Shown: one piece after another, positions 25,452 to 39,518 of the stretch | Layout: each line of letters starts with the position of its first letter | Position numbering within the stretch: the first letter of the stretch is position 1 | Origin: Octopus vulgaris | Lineage: Eukaryota | NCBI GenBank assembly: GCA_951406725.2 | Contig: OX597815.1 | Coordinates: forward strand, 163,494,001-163,558,000 | Direction of reading: 5' to 3' | DNA: 64,000 nt | Program-made: the position numbers and the translations under genes | Notes under the pieces: model-generated | What the model was told of the DNA's origin: nothing | What the model saw: only the letters and a program-made list of their open reading frames with translations | Databases searched by the model: none

Positions 25452-26138
25452 GTAAGCACATACATGCAAAATGCGCTGGAAAATATAGTATTTGAGTACC
25501 AAAGGTAGTATACTATACTGTTTCTTAAAGCTGAAACAAATTTTCACACACTGTTAATCAGAATTTCACGTGAGCTTTCGTAGGACAGTTGCCATGATAC
25601 TGAATAAAAACATGTAAGGGTATATATAATATGATATAATATAATATAAGATTGTCATTAAGAGTTCAACGAATAAGCAATTGAATTTGATTGGGTGACT
25701 GATTTCAAAATAATAACGGTGTGATTAGGCTGCCAAAAGGAGGTTAACTTTAACGGTGGAATAAATTATAATTAATTATCAAATCGAAAAAAAGCTGTGT
25801 AAAAGGGAATGAAAATAAGCAGAATATATACGGAAATAGGAGTTGCAAGTAATTAAAAGGAATAATAGGAAAGCAAAATTAGGTATTTATAAGTTGAAAT
25901 TACTATAAATGACAAAAATAAAGCTATGGAAGAGAAATTAATACAAGCAAATATCCAAAAATACATAACGCCACAAATACAAGAAAAAGAAAGAAGAAAT
26001 TATAACAATAAAAAGGAATCGAAGTAAAAAGCTCAAGAGAGAAAAGGGGGAGGAGGGAGAAGAAATAAAACAAAACAGGGAGGGGAGAAGGAAGAGAAAA
26101 CTGGGAGAAGACAAGAAAGTAACAATAACTAATATAAG

Positions 26139-26169
<31 letters not shown>

Positions 26170-26171
<2 letters not shown>

Positions 26172-27000
26172 ATGCACATCAAGTACAGGACATCACCAAC
26201 GAGTGAAAAATACGCAAACACACGAGAGACAAGTGTAGGGCAAAATACCAAAAAAATATACAGTAAGAACGGGACATCATCAACGAGTGAAAAATTCTTA
26301 AACACATAATGAGTGACAAGTCCGGGACAAAATGCCAAAAGAATTCTAACCCCTCCTCTGTTGTCGACTGTTTATTACTCCCTATTTCGAGCATTCAACG
26401 ACAAGATAGGAAATCTTCATAAAACAGCGGCATAGAGGAATTTCAAAAATACAAAATTTGTGGAGAGTTAGAGTTTCGAGCGAACAAACAACGGCAGAGT
26501 GGACGTACAGAGTAAATAATTGACGAAGGCAAATATTAAGGGACGTTAGGTCAAGACGCATTGTAGTGTCTAACGCCTGGGATAAATTTTGAAAGAATAT
26601 AGAATCAATAGAAGCGAACAAAATGGTAGAAGAGCAAAAAAGAGAGAAAATGTCGCGAGGCGAGAAAAATGGCGTCTAAGAAGACGTCACGTCCAGAAAA
26701 GGCAGAGGTGAGATAAATGGCCTGTAGTCATGTGCGAGCAAACAGGCAGAGGAAAAGGTGGACTAGAGAGAGGACGAAGGAAAGAAACAAAGGAAGTGAG
26801 GAGAAACGAAAGACAGTAAATGTGGTAGAAAGATAGACAGGGGACAGCAATGTAGAAGGGGGAGAAACGGAAAATAAAGTAAATTATAGAATGATAGTGA
26901 GAAAGAAAGAAGGAAAAAAATATTGTGTATTTTGTCCTATACTTATCTCTTGTGTGTCTACGTATTTTTCACTCGTTGGTGATATCCTATACGCAATGTA
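26170..27000 (-). mobile_element. Decayed family F-related element with internal about 85-bp direct repeat and an inverted copy
   Basis: caacgagtgaaaaat..gacaagt..caaaat at about 26197 and 26281, inverted at about 26925-26990; the same sequence occurs at 61065-61150. Confidence 0.55.
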
Positions 27001-27109
27001 TTTTATATTTATTTATAATCGAACGTTACGCAGCTTTGTTCACAGTAAGTTATATATGTATAGAGAGAGAGAGACACACACAGATATATATATATATATA
27101 TATATAGTA

Positions 27110-27432
27110 AAGGCGCATGGCTCAGTGATTAGAGCTAATGATCGTGAGGTAGTGAGTTCGATTTCAGGACCGGGCTGCGTGTTGTGTTCTTGAGCAAGAC
27201 ACTTTATTTCACGTTGCTCCAGTTCACTCAGCTGTAGAAATGAGTTGCGACGTCATTAGTGCCAAGCTGTATCGGCCTTTGCTTTCCCCTTGGATAACAT
27301 TGGTGGTGTGGTGAGGAGAGGCTGGTATGCATGGGCGACTGCTGGTCTTCCATAAACAATCTTGCCCAGACTTGTGCCTCGGAGGGTAACTTTCTAGGTG
27401 CAATCACATGGTAATTCATGACCGAAGGGGGT
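27110..27432 (+). mobile_element. SINE family C (tRNA head, CORE-like segment)
   Basis: aggcgcatggctcagtg..gagttcgatttc..ttgagcaagacactttatttcacgttgctccagttcactcagctgtagaaatgag. Confidence 0.85.
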
Positions 27433-27449
27433 AAATATATATATATATT

Positions 27450-27827
27450 ATTCTTTTATTCTTTTATTTGTTTCAGTCATTTGACTGTGGACACCGCCTT
27501 TAGTCGAAGAAACCAACCTCTGGACTTATTCTTTGTGAGCCTAGCATTTATTCTATCGGTCTCAGTTGCCGAACCGCTAAGTTACGGGGACGGAAAAGCA
27601 CCAACAACGGTTGTCAAGCGATGGTGGGGGGGGGGACAAACACAGACACACAACCATATACATATACACGACGGGCTTCTTTCAGTTTCCGTCTACCAAA
27701 TCCACTCACAAGGCTTTGGTCGGCCCAGGCTATAGTAGAAGTCACTTGCCCAAAGTGCCACACAGTAGGACTAAACCTCTGAAGTATCTGTTGGTAAGCA
27801 AGCTGCTTACCACACAGCCACTGCTGC

Positions 27828-27829
<2 letters not shown>
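27450..27829 (-). mobile_element. SINE family B, near full length
   Basis: Both halves present with a short internal repeat. Confidence 0.85.
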
Positions 27830-27899
<70 letters not shown>

Positions 27900-29265
27900 G
27901 TTTATATATTTGTTGCGCAAGATTTTTTATGTGAAGTCGTGTGTTGAAACAGATATTTTTATATTTCGGAATGGTCATTTTGCCAGTTTAGCCGATAAAA
28001 TCACACGCACTATATATTTGGTGTTATTTTGCTTCAGTGTTATTTATTTTTTACATTAATCTTAATCTTATTTCGGCCAGAGTTCTGTCGTCACATTCCT
28101 GTGACCGCATCAGTGGTCCTTTGTTTTCTTCTTTTTTATTTGTGTCTCTCCTTACTAACAGTCAGCTATTTTGTATTTCTATAGTATGTCTTCATTTGCG
28201 CATGCTTATATCTCTATGTGCGTCTATGTTTATTTAGTGTGTGTGTGGGGGGATGCCTGTAATATTTTTATCTTCTGTTCATATACGTTCATGTAATTTG
28301 TTTTTGTTGTTGTTGTTTTTGTTTATTCTTATTTTGTTCATGTGTTTACATCCACTTATTATTATCATTACATATGCTTGTATGTATGTATAACAACAAT
28401 ACTAGTAATAATAATAATAAAAAAAAACTTATATTGTTATTTATTTCTATTTGTTTATTTATCTGTGTATTTATTCTGTTTTCGGGATCCTCTACCGTCA
28501 TATGTTGTAGTGTGTGCTAGTGTTCCATCCTAGTTTCCTATTCAGGCTAGGTTTATTTTCTGTTATGTGTGTAGCTTCTGTAATTTGTCTGATTGTTGCA
28601 TCTGTTCTATGTGTGGACAATATTTTAATTTCTATGTTGTTGATTGATCCCCCGTGTTTCTATTCAGCGTGTTGGTACAGAATCGATGAGCTTTTACCTT
28701 CCTTGAGTTCTCTCCAATGTCATTTACCCGCTCTCCTATGCTTCTTGCCGTTTCCCCTACGTATATCGTTGTCTTGTTACTGCATCGTCCCTCTATACAT
28801 CTTATACTATAGACTACATTTCTGGCTTTACAGTTTGTTTGTGGGCTAAATCTACATACAGTACAGTACTTATCCGTACTGGGGGTTCTACTAAAATGAT
28901 AGGTTCTACCAATTATAGATTTGATAGGGTTGCCTGGCTTTTCAACAACCTTAATCCTTAGCTTAAGTTTGTCTAGGGTCCTTCTAAAGCGGTACGCCAG
29001 TCCACCTCCAGGGGTGGTGTCAACGAACATGACACTCTGGTATTTATGGCTATCATACCAAGAGTTGGCCTTCCCTATTTTCTTTTTTGTCCTTTCTATA
29101 GTGTTCCATGACTTGTTCCTATAGAGTGGGCAAATCCTATTCCTATCATTATATAATATATTATCAAATTTCTTCATGGTTCCTTTGTATACTCTGATCC
29201 TTTCTTTATGGCTGTAACCTGAGAACTGTATGCGGTGAATGAAATATTGTATGTGTCTCTTTAAC
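27900..29265 (-). mobile_element. 5'-truncated Penelope-like element: RT C-terminus, Cys linker, GIY-YIG, 3' UTR with decayed HHR
   Basis: FSGYSHKERI..VMFVDTTPGGGLA..IKVVEKPG..CTVC..NCKARNVVYSIRC..C..YVGETARSIGER, then (frameshifted) HWREL..H..RQITEA..PSLNRK; HHR relic at 28075-28119; (TA)n at both ends. Confidence 0.85.
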
Positions 29266-29340
29266 TATATATATAGGGATCAAAGAGGCTATTTTAACCT
29301 TATAAGACTGTAACGAATATAAGTATAGAAGATTATAGTG

Positions 29341-29650
29341 AAGGCACATGACACAGTTGTTAGAGTGTCATGTTTACAATCGTGAGGTTGTGGGTTCAAT
29401 TCCCGGACTGGGCTGTGTATTGTGTTCTTGAGCAAGGCACTTTATTTCCCGTTGTTCCAGTTCATTCATTTGTAGAAATGAGTTGCAACATGACTGGTGC
29501 TAAGCTGTATCGGCCTTTGTCTTTCCCATGGATAACATCGGTGGTGGAGAGAGGTGAGGCTGGTATCCATGGTCGACTGTTGGCCTTCCATAAATAATCT
29601 TGCTCGGACTTGTGCCTCGGAGGGAAACTTTCTAGGTGCAATCCCTACGT
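29341..29650 (+). mobile_element. SINE family C
   Basis: Colinear with 27110-27432. Confidence 0.85.
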
Positions 29651-30092
29651 GCAATATTACTGAAGTGGTAGTGGTGGTGGTGGCGTGTCTAAAAGTTGAT
29701 ACCAAGTTTTATGGATAACAGAGTAGTGAAAGATAGAAAGATTAAAACTTTTAATAAGAGAGAAAAGTTAGGAGAATAATATACGAACACAGACTATAGA
29801 AAGTGTAAGTGAAAAATATATAAAATATATACGCAAATTATAATTATTTAAGCATTGGGTATGTATCTAATAGTTAGCCGGCGAAGCACGTTCATTACCT
29901 ATGGCTGCTTTACATCATCCACGGTATTTACGCAACTGGCGTGGTATTTACCTCAGGAATTCCTTGGTGTTCGTCGAGTATATAATTAATCATAGGGACG
30001 GATGCAGGAGAGCTCGAAACGATCGTTGTGAACAATAAAGTGTCTCGTATATTCCATTTTCTGTCTCTGTAATAATAAAAATATATATATAA

Positions 30093-30482
30093 CTAGCAGT
30101 ATCGCCCAGCATTGCTCGGGTTTGATTCGACCCTTTAGAATTGGAATTTTTGAAAACTAAAACTTTTGCATTATGTGGTTTGTTATTCTCTTTAAGTGAA
30201 CGTTTTTCTGGTTGAGATACACTGAAAAATGGCGACACAGCAGTCAAAAAATCGTTAAAAATAGGGATTTTCATAGAAAAAAAGCACCTTTTTGATGTAA
30301 ATAATTTTTGGTCTTAACATGGTTCGATTTGAAATTTATCTTCTACGGAATAAAGAGCAAGTCTTCTTCTATTAGACTCTCAATTTTGGTTAACTTGCGC
30401 CGCAGGTTCTCGGAGGAGATAGTGTTAGTTGAAGGCTACCAAACCTGCCACACACAGACAACTTCAGCTTTATATATATAGA
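30093..30482 (-). mobile_element. Non-autonomous Helitron
   Basis: Minus strand begins A|TCTATATATATAAAG and ends with hairpin cccgagcaatgctggg plus CTAG|T; no TSD. Confidence 0.8.
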
Positions 30483-31316
30483 TATAAAAATACATCTACA
30501 TCTGTGCGTTCTCACAAATACACATATGCACATGCTTATTAATACACATAAAATACAACACATAAATCAAAATATATTTACAAACATTTATATGTAGATG
30601 TATTTGGGCACACGCATGCCCAAATATATAAACACACACGCAAAACAACATACGAATATACACAAATACATTCATTTTCAGACATTAATGTATACACTCA
30701 CCTACACACAAAATATATACTTGTAGAAATATACAAGTACGTTAAGCATATACAAACAAGAAAATAACAAAGAAAGTAAGGCAAGTTGTATACAGAGATG
30801 AACAGAAGTAATTTAGGATGAATTAAAAGTTATGAATAATTAAGAGAAAATATAAGTATATTGCCCAGTGAGATTACTAGCAATTGAAATGTTTACAGAT
30901 TTAATATACGTATTTTATGATAAAAAAACTATGATTTTATAAAAACGTAAAGTCCTAGTTATAGCATGCCAAACAAAGTGAATACGAAGCATAAAAAACG
31001 AAATAATATAAAATGGGGAAAAAATGAATAGAAATTGCAAAAACCTTCAGAAATATACAATGATATTAAAATAATGATATTAAAAAGTTCGTTCTGGACA
31101 TGAGATTAAAATATACATGTATAACACTGTTCCAAAAACCATGGACGAAATGCTGTATATAGCAGCAAAAAAAGAATCTACCATACTATATACATACATG
31201 TGTGTGTGTGTGTGTGTGTGCGTGTGTGTGTGTGTGCATGCATATCTATCCGTATATATAATTTATCTATTCGTATGTATGTGTGTAGATATATGATATA
31301 TATATATATATATATA

Positions 31317-31609
31317 CTAGCAGTATCGCCCGGCGTTGCTCGGGTTTGTAAGGGAAAGAACTATATAAGCATTTTTAGAGAGTTATAGCCAAAAATAGCA
31401 AAAAAATGCATTAAAAATGGAAAAAAATGATGGTAAATTTTTTTTAATCATAGGCTTATCGTAGACGCGCGCTAATACCCAGAAGGGCTCGATATGAATC
31501 ACGACTATAAGATACCTGGTTTTGGTTAAACTGCACCGCAAAATGTGGGAGTAGTTAGGAATCTAAATCGTAGGAGACAGACACACAACTTGACTTTTAT
31601 ATATAAAGA
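31317..31609 (-). mobile_element. Non-autonomous Helitron (same 3' end, different interior)
   Basis: A|TCTTTATATATAAAAG..cccgagcaacgccgggcgatactgCTAG|T. Confidence 0.8.
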
Positions 31610-32001
31610 TACATATATATGAACAAGCTAACATTTGTTTTTTTTATAAGCGTCTACAATGTGTATTATATGATACAAATAAAATGATTTTTTTTCCAAC
31701 CTAATATTTCTGCTGTTCTAACGGCGTTTTTGTGCTAAAATAAAAGAATCATCTTATTTGCATCGTATAATATGTGTGTGTTTATGCACGTGTGCGCACT
31801 CGCGCGAGCCTGTTTAAGTGTATGTCTGTGTTTGTTTTTTTGTTCTGTTATAATAAGAACGATTTTAAGCTAATCTGATTGCTACTATAAACTTTTGTAG
31901 AGTACAAATTTATTATTCTTAAAAAAGAATGTTTCTGACAATGACTTCGAAATTTCAGCCGGTTAAACAATCGTCGGACTCCAATGCATCAAATTTAATC
32001 T

Positions 32002-32115
32002 TAGGCTCGAAACGCAAAAGCCTTTCTCACTTCCCGAGGGTTAAACTAATACATCTGTTTGTTGTTTACACACCCGTCTTCATCTTTCGTTTTTTTTTTT
32101 TGTAAATTCTTTCTC
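32002..32115 (+). mobile_element. Family E, 5'-truncated within the HHR-like motif
   Basis: taggctcgaaacgcaaaag..actaatacatctgtttgttgtttacac matches 4382-4489. Confidence 0.65.
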
Positions 32116-33266
32116 TCTCACTATATATATGTATATGTATATACACACATATATAAGTGCATGTGTGTGTATGTATTATGTATGTATGTGTACCTGCATA
32201 TATATATATATATATATATACAAATATATATGAATGAGTGTGTGTATGCGTGCATGCGTATGACTTTAAATGAGCGTGCACCTGCACGCACGTAGGTATG
32301 TGTATGCGCACGCATATTCGTGTATGAATATATCTACGGATGCGCGTGAGTATGCATGTGTATATATGCGTGTGTATGTATAGGCGTATGTATGTATCTG
32401 TACATATGTGTGTATGTGTGTATGTATATATATATTCGCAAGTATATATATACGTGAGTGCATGCGTACGTATGGAATTATACCTTCTTTCCTCCTCTCC
32501 TATTCCTACCTACAAATAACATATCACATAGTCTATTTATAGTAAGTTGACATCTTTGTATTCTTCCCTCCATCTCAAATTTTACTACCAAATCTACTAC
32601 TCACTTCGGTATCACTCACCTATACCTTTTCTCTACTTTTTCTCTACCCATCCCTTAATGCAGCTGTCACATCACCCCTACTCAAATATCTCACATTCTT
32701 TTACTCCTTACCTTCTCATCTCTTCCTATCCGTCCCTCGCACTTCTCCCTTCCTCCCATCACATTATCTTGACCACCAACTAACACTCCCTTTCTCACTT
32801 CTTTCGCTATTCTTCACTTTTTTCACACTTGGTTTTTTTCCCTCTCCCTTTTTCTCTCCCCCTTTTCTTTTTTCCTTTTTCTCTCTTTCTTCTTCTCATT
32901 TTCTCTTCCTGTCTTAAATTTGACCTACCTCCTCTTTCTATTCATACACATCTCTCCTCCCTCCAACATATCCACAAATAATGCCAATACATTCTCAAAT
33001 TTTCATTCACACCACAAAACCCTTTCGAACGAGCAACACTGATTTCACGGCTCCATACTTTGAAATGACTAAACATGAACTACTATTGTAACTTACCATG
33101 TACAGGAAATTTTTTACCACTTCTATGCAGCATTTTCCTCGAATAATGGAACTACAACTACAATATCTTTGTATATCTTATTTCTACTTTCATTCTCTTA
33201 TTTCCCTCTATATTCCCTATCTCCTCCTTTTCCCCAATAATTCGAACTCAAATATTTTCTCACACC

Positions 33267-33314
33267 GTCTCTGGTGAAGGGACATCCATAATATCCCAGA
33301 AACAGCTGTAAGAC
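33267..33314 (+). ncRNA. Type I hammerhead motif (A6G variant) ending a pyrimidine-rich PLE-like tail
   Basis: GUCU-CUGGUGA-A-GGGA-loop-UCCC-A-GAAA-CAGCUG-UA|AGAC; (CA)n about 60 bp downstream. Confidence 0.7.
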
Positions 33315-33402
33315 ATTATAAATGTTCTGAAAACTCTTCACAGCCTTGGATTTGTTATTTCATTCTGTCTAAAACACACACAGACACTCAAACACACACA
33401 CA

Positions 33403-33437
<35 letters not shown>

Positions 33438-33801
33438 TTTAATATATATATATGTATGTATGTATATATCTGTGCGTGTGTGTGTGTGGTTTGTGTGTCT
33501 GCCCAATATGGACCTTCCACATGTATATTATATGTATACTTATATATACACACATGTATACATATGTATACACACACTCACACACACACATGTACGTAAT
33601 ATTAATTTATGTATATATATGCATGCATGTTTATACACATACATATAACGAAAATGCAATCCAATTATTTAATAATTCATATATACTCATGAGAGAGAGA
33701 GATGTACATACAAAGACACGCATGTATATATATATGCTCTGGTGTGTGTATATGTATGTGTGCAGTGTGCATACATACATACATGCATACACACAGACAC
33801 C

Positions 33802-33863
<62 letters not shown>

Positions 33864-33887
33864 TATATATATATATATATGCATATA

Positions 33888-33923
<36 letters not shown>

Positions 33924-35604
33924 TATATTCATATATATGCTGTAGGCTAATAGAGAAAACGTAGCAGTTTATTAATGATGAAATTGTGCAAGTCAATTGT
34001 TTTATCATGCACTGCCTTCTTAACATCCCATCGGTTTATTCATAAAAACAGTTACTGCTTCGCCAAGCTTCTGTTACTTTATACACTCTATTTTATTCTC
34101 CATCCTATCTTCCGCTCATTTCTTAATTTCACGCATGCGTAAGCATCTAACTTGATGCTTGAATTGTTCTCGATCAAATTATTCGACACAAGCGTGTAGC
34201 GCAGACTTTTTAAAAGTTTTATTAAGAAAATGTCAACGTTTTTTTTTTCTTTGGCCGTGGTTTATCAACTTATTCTTTTTTAACTGTATTATCATTGATA
34301 TTTTGGTTTAATTTTTGAAAGAGCTAAATTTTCTTATGCTTTTCCATGCAAGCTCTAAATATGTGATTCATTCGGATATTTATTGAAGTAAATAAAGAAT
34401 AAAACAATAAAATGTCTTAATAAAGTATTTAATTTCATTCATACTTTCCTTGTTGATTTTTTGCCATTTTTTTCTATTTGTTTATCGTCTTTGAATAAAT
34501 ACCTCTGATGTCTATGATCTGTGTTGCCAAACAGTTCTTCACGTGTTGCCAAAAATTCCATTGCACATTGCCAAGCGTGCTAGTTGGGGCGTACGCAACC
34601 ACAACTCAATGAAATAGTGACACCTTGGTTACTATTTTCCTTCGATTCTTCCTAGTCTTTTTTTCTTTTATTTCTTTCTTTCTCTCCTCGTTCATTCTTT
34701 GTTCCTTCTTTTGTTTTCTCACAGAAAATATCGTCAGCATCACGTAACTATTTATATAAATGGCAAGCTTTGAACAGCAGCCTTGCTCTGCAAAAGGTAA
34801 TTGATGTTTCAAGCTGAATTAGGCTCTTTATGAATCAATGGCCTCAAAGAAAAACCAGTGTTCAAAGTTAGAAAATCCTTCGTTAAATTAAATAGCTCTA
34901 CTTCTTCATGATTTTCTAATTTTCTTTCTCTAAGTTCCTTGCATTATTTTAAAAAAAATAGCAATAATACGAATGATTGAAATGAAGTGAATTGAAGATA
35001 AGACAACTAAAGAAGAGTAACAAAAACACGAGGAAGCAATGCTTAGCTGATAATGTTAATTTCTAACTTTACCATTTTGGAGGAGGCTCCAATCGGTTAA
35101 ATCAGCATCAGTTTTTGATTGGTATTTTATCGATCCGGAAGAATGAATGGCAAAGTTTATCCTGTGGGATTTGAATGTAGAATGTGAAGTAACAATTTTA
35201 ACTATGTTAGGTATCTGTCTGGTGTTTTGTCGAGACTGCAATCTAGTGCTGAAATATTTTTCTGTCATTGTAGTCACATCACTGATACTCTTTCTTTTCC
35301 CGTTTAACTGGAAGGAAAACTGGAAATAGAATGATAAACGAATACGAGAGGAAAAAATAAAATGAAATATCTAACGTGAATGAAATAAAACAAAGCTGAA
35401 CTAAAAGAAACAACCCAACTGAAATATGGACTGGAGTGAATCAAGAGCGCTTTGGTGTGTGGAATGAATTGAAATTTGCTTCTTAGTCGGAGAATGAAAA
35501 AAGAAAACCCTAGCGGTAATCGTTAGCGATTCAAAAAGAAAAAAGTTGGATAATCTCAAGTAATTAAGAAGTAAAAAAAAATAACAATAGTAATTGCACG
35601 TGTA

Positions 35605-35747
35605 GTGAAATGTCTGCTTCCAAACCACACGGTTCCCGCTTCAGTGGTACTGTGTATCATTTTCAGAAAGTGTTTTCTAGTATAGTTCCGGGCCAACCAA
35701 ACCCTTGTGAGTGGATTTGGTAGACAGAAACCAAAATAAGCCCATCG

Positions 35748-35785
<38 letters not shown>

Positions 35786-35975
35786 TGTATGTGTTTGTGT
35801 GTATGTGTGTGTGTAAGAATCATCGTGCTTGTGTTTGCTCTCCACTACCGCTTGACAACTGGGGTCTGTTTGTTTACGTTCGCTTAATATAACGGTTCGG
35901 CAAAATTGGTCGATAGAATAAGTACCAGGCCTAAAAAAACGTTCTGGAGTCGGTTCGTTCGACTAACTCCCTTGT
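35605..35975 (+). mobile_element. SINE family B, degenerate, internal (CA)n
   Basis: cttgtgagtggatttggtagacagaaac..cttgacaac..cggttcggcaaaa..gatagaataagtacc. Confidence 0.7.
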
Positions 35976-36216
35976 GCCAAAGTTTGAAGCCACTATTATG
36001 CAGGTTACTGCTGGATAAAATATTCCGATCGCGCCTTTTCTATATGCAAATTTCTCTCTGCTTATCAGACGGGTTTGTGTAGATTGTACTTCGCGGATAA
36101 GGCCGAATGAGGCCGTTGCATATTCATTATAACCATTGGGCAACAAACAAAATTTTTCTTAAGTACGAAAATCAGTTATATTTTAGGTATGATTAGGTAT
36201 AATTTTGAAATTATAA

Positions 36217-36430
36217 AGCGGCGAGCTGGCAGAGCCGTTTGCACACCGGGTAAAATACTTAACGACATTTTGTCCGTCTTTATATTTCTGAGTTCAAATT
36301 CTGTCAGGGTCGACTTTACTTTTCATTCTTTCGGGGTCAATAAAACAGGTACCAGTTGAGTACTGGGATTGATGCAATCGACTTACCTCTTGCCCTGAAA
36401 TTCTGGCCTTGTCCGGAACATTGAAACCAA
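36217..36430 (+). mobile_element. SINE family A (tail type 2)
   Basis: gcggcgagctggcagagccgtt..ggtcgactttacttttcattctttcggggtc. Confidence 0.75.
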
Positions 36431-36950
36431 TTTCTTGAAATTATCTCCCCTTTTCTTTGTGAGTCACATTTAATACGCTAGGTTTCTGTATAACTTCTCC
36501 TACTAAGAGGCATTTTCGAAACAGCAAAAAAATTTTCATATATAAATGTCATTCGCTACATATACACAAATTTGATTCCTCCTGATAGAGCGCTTACATA
36601 TCTTAGTCAAGCAGATTATTTCAAACTAAACTTGTATTTTCAAGGATCATTGAAGTTGATGGAGTTACTTCTGTCAAAAACTTACGACTGTCAACACAAG
36701 TCGTTAGCTGCAACAGCACAATAGTACATCACAAAATGCACATAATAACAATAACGAGAGTACACAACAAGCTACGCGCAAACTATAGCCATTCGGGAAT
36801 AATGGATATTTAGGCCCTGCTACATAAAAATGCATCGTTATGGAAGGCCTGGTCATTTCACGCTTGCACACGCCTCTTCATTGTTTAAGAGATTTCTGCA
36901 CTTCACTATCAACATATAAAAACTGCCATATTCTGCAATCCAATTTATCA

Positions 36951-36951
<1 letters not shown>

Positions 36952-37009
<58 letters not shown>

Positions 37010-37025
37010 GTTGTTGTTGTTGTTG

Positions 37026-37093
<68 letters not shown>

Positions 37094-37131
37094 GTTATTG
37101 TTATTGCTGTTGTTGTCGTTGTTGTTGTTAT
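36952..37131. repeat. (TTA)n/(TTG)n microsatellite
   Basis: Seen directly. Confidence 0.95.
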
Positions 37132-37773
37132 TTGTGGATGGCATATAATTTTTTCAAATACTGCCAGCCATTTTCACTGCAGTGAACCATTGATTAGCCA
37201 ATAGTTCAAATGTCCAAATATGTTATTTTTCATGAATGCATTGCATGAAAAGACAAAAAAAAAAGAAAAGAGAAAAAAATCCTAAGAAAAAATAAAAGAC
37301 TTGTCTCAGACTTTATCGATTCCATCAACTTTCTCCATAACATTTATATTATTGGATTATCAATGAGCTTAAAGAAACTGATCGAATCGGTTTAAACATG
37401 ATTTATACGTAATACTAAAACATGTTTTTGGCCTGTATTATAATATTTATTTATTATTTCTTGTTGGACGTATAGATTTTCATTTTAAAATAAACCATAT
37501 CATTAATTTGATTATGGCAATGTTAATGCATTGTATTCTATACGCATTATGACATGTTATCATAGTCATTTGATATTTATTAATTGTTAAAATGGTTTGT
37601 GTTGTTTTGTTTTTGTTTTTGGGGTTTTTTTTTGTTCCTTGAAATGCTTTTCAATGTGTTTTTTAAAATTAAAATAAATTGAACTGAACAGGAACGAAAC
37701 GATATTTATGGAGTGTTACGATATCTATGGTGTCTTCGAGCAAGAGGAAGCAAGATTTAGCTGCTGCTGCTGC

Positions 37774-37807
<34 letters not shown>

Positions 37808-38655
37808 CAGCAACAAGACGGGTAAAGGTGATCAGGTGATGGTCTAGGGCTTAGGGGCGGGAGACCCCAGACCTTGGAAAAAAAAATCTTTGGTCGTCTT
37901 GTTGTAGTCGAGGGTTGTAGACGCCCGACACCACTGGGCCACTGGGTGTTGGCCCGTGAAGTCGCTGGAAATGGAGATCTCCAGGTCCAAATTCTTGGAC
38001 GGCTGCTGCTGCTGTTGCTGCTCTTATTATTTTTGGTGCTGGTGCTATTGTTGTCTTTAATCTTTAGCCCGGATCATTCCTGTTTAAATAGATGTATGCT
38101 CAAAGTTGTACTAGCTGTGGCTATCCTCTCTTATTCTCTGGCACCATGTATCTGGAACTACATAACACAATATATTTTACTCTTTTAAGACAATAAGTTG
38201 TAAACTGAGAGAGAAAGAGAGAGAGAGGGAGAGAAGAGGATAGAAGGAGGGAAAAAGAGAGTCAGGGAGGGAAGGAAAGAAAGAGAAAGTGAAAAAGAGT
38301 GAGAAAAAGAAAATGGGAGAGAATTTTGACTGTTCCTTTTGTATGTCGAGCAAAACATGTAGAGGTGAGTCTTTTGAATGACATTTTAAATCTAAAGTTT
38401 AAAGAAATATAACTCTTTAACCGCCGTTCTTTAAAATTGCTGAAAATTTTAAGAAGTATAAACGCTTTGAACTGTAACATTCTGTATACCTTAACTTAAT
38501 GTGGATGTACTATGAAAAGCTCTAAAACTGTAGTGTTCGTCAGTAGAGGCTAAATTTATTTAAGCATGCAGTTGATAAGGGAGGCTTGCTACTGATGATG
38601 TGCAAAGAGACAGAAATCACTATTTCTCAAATCCACCACAGTTGCAGGACGCATG

Positions 38656-38941
38656 TTTGTTCCTTCTCGAGCCATGCCTGGCTCATAAGGGCCGGTTTCC
38701 CGGTTTCCTTCGCGTATAGGTTCCCCACCTGGACGGGACGCCGGTCCGTCGCAGGTGAGCTGCAAGATGCAGGAGGAAAGAGTGAGAGAAAGTTGTGGCG
38801 AAAGAGTCAGCAGAAGTTCGCCATTACCTTCTGCCGGAGCCGCGTGGAGCTTAGGTGTTTCGCTCATAAACACACACATCGCCCGGTCTGAGATTCGAAC
38901 CCGCGATCCCTCGACCGCGAGTCCACTGCTCTAACCACTAG
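38656..38941 (-). mobile_element. SINE family D with a 12-bp TSD
   Basis: gcaggacgcatg at 38644-38655 and 38942-38953; B box ggttcgaatctc on the minus strand. Confidence 0.88.
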
Positions 38942-39304
38942 GCAGGACGCATGGCAGCAGTTCAATGAGTGAAACAAACAAAATACAAAAGCCATGTAAT
39001 TTTTAGAAAAATGTTTGTAATAGTTTCGTTACAAAAGGAAAAGTAAGGAACATGATTTTTCTCGTGGCTTGAATGACTGGCGGGAGGAGCCGGGAAAGGG
39101 TTGGCTCGAATCCTTGCAGCAGTCTAAGACTCAGTTAAATGCATTCAAGTGTCAAGTCGTCGAGTTAAACCGCACATACATTGTAAGTTAGTTGATCCTC
39201 AAGAAATTGAACGGTGTTTTCAGGCTTTTGAATGCACAGCCACACACATACACACACACACTCAAAGATCCCATCGATTAAGTTTCTCTCAACAAACATT
39301 GGGC

Positions 39305-39465
39305 AGTCGTGTGGCTGTGTGGTAAGAAGCTTGTATCCCAATCACATGATTCCAGGTTCAGTGAAACTGCGTGGTACCTTGGGCAAGTGTCTTCTACTAC
39401 AGCGTCGAGCCGACTAGAGCTATGTGAGTGGATTTCGTTGAGGGAAAACTGAAAGATGCTCGTCG

Positions 39466-39518
<53 letters not shown>

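Noticed and set aside
36830-36950. Possible extreme C-terminus of an RLE-type non-LTR element next to (TAA)n
   Set aside because: Only a few residues of vague similarity; not enough to call.
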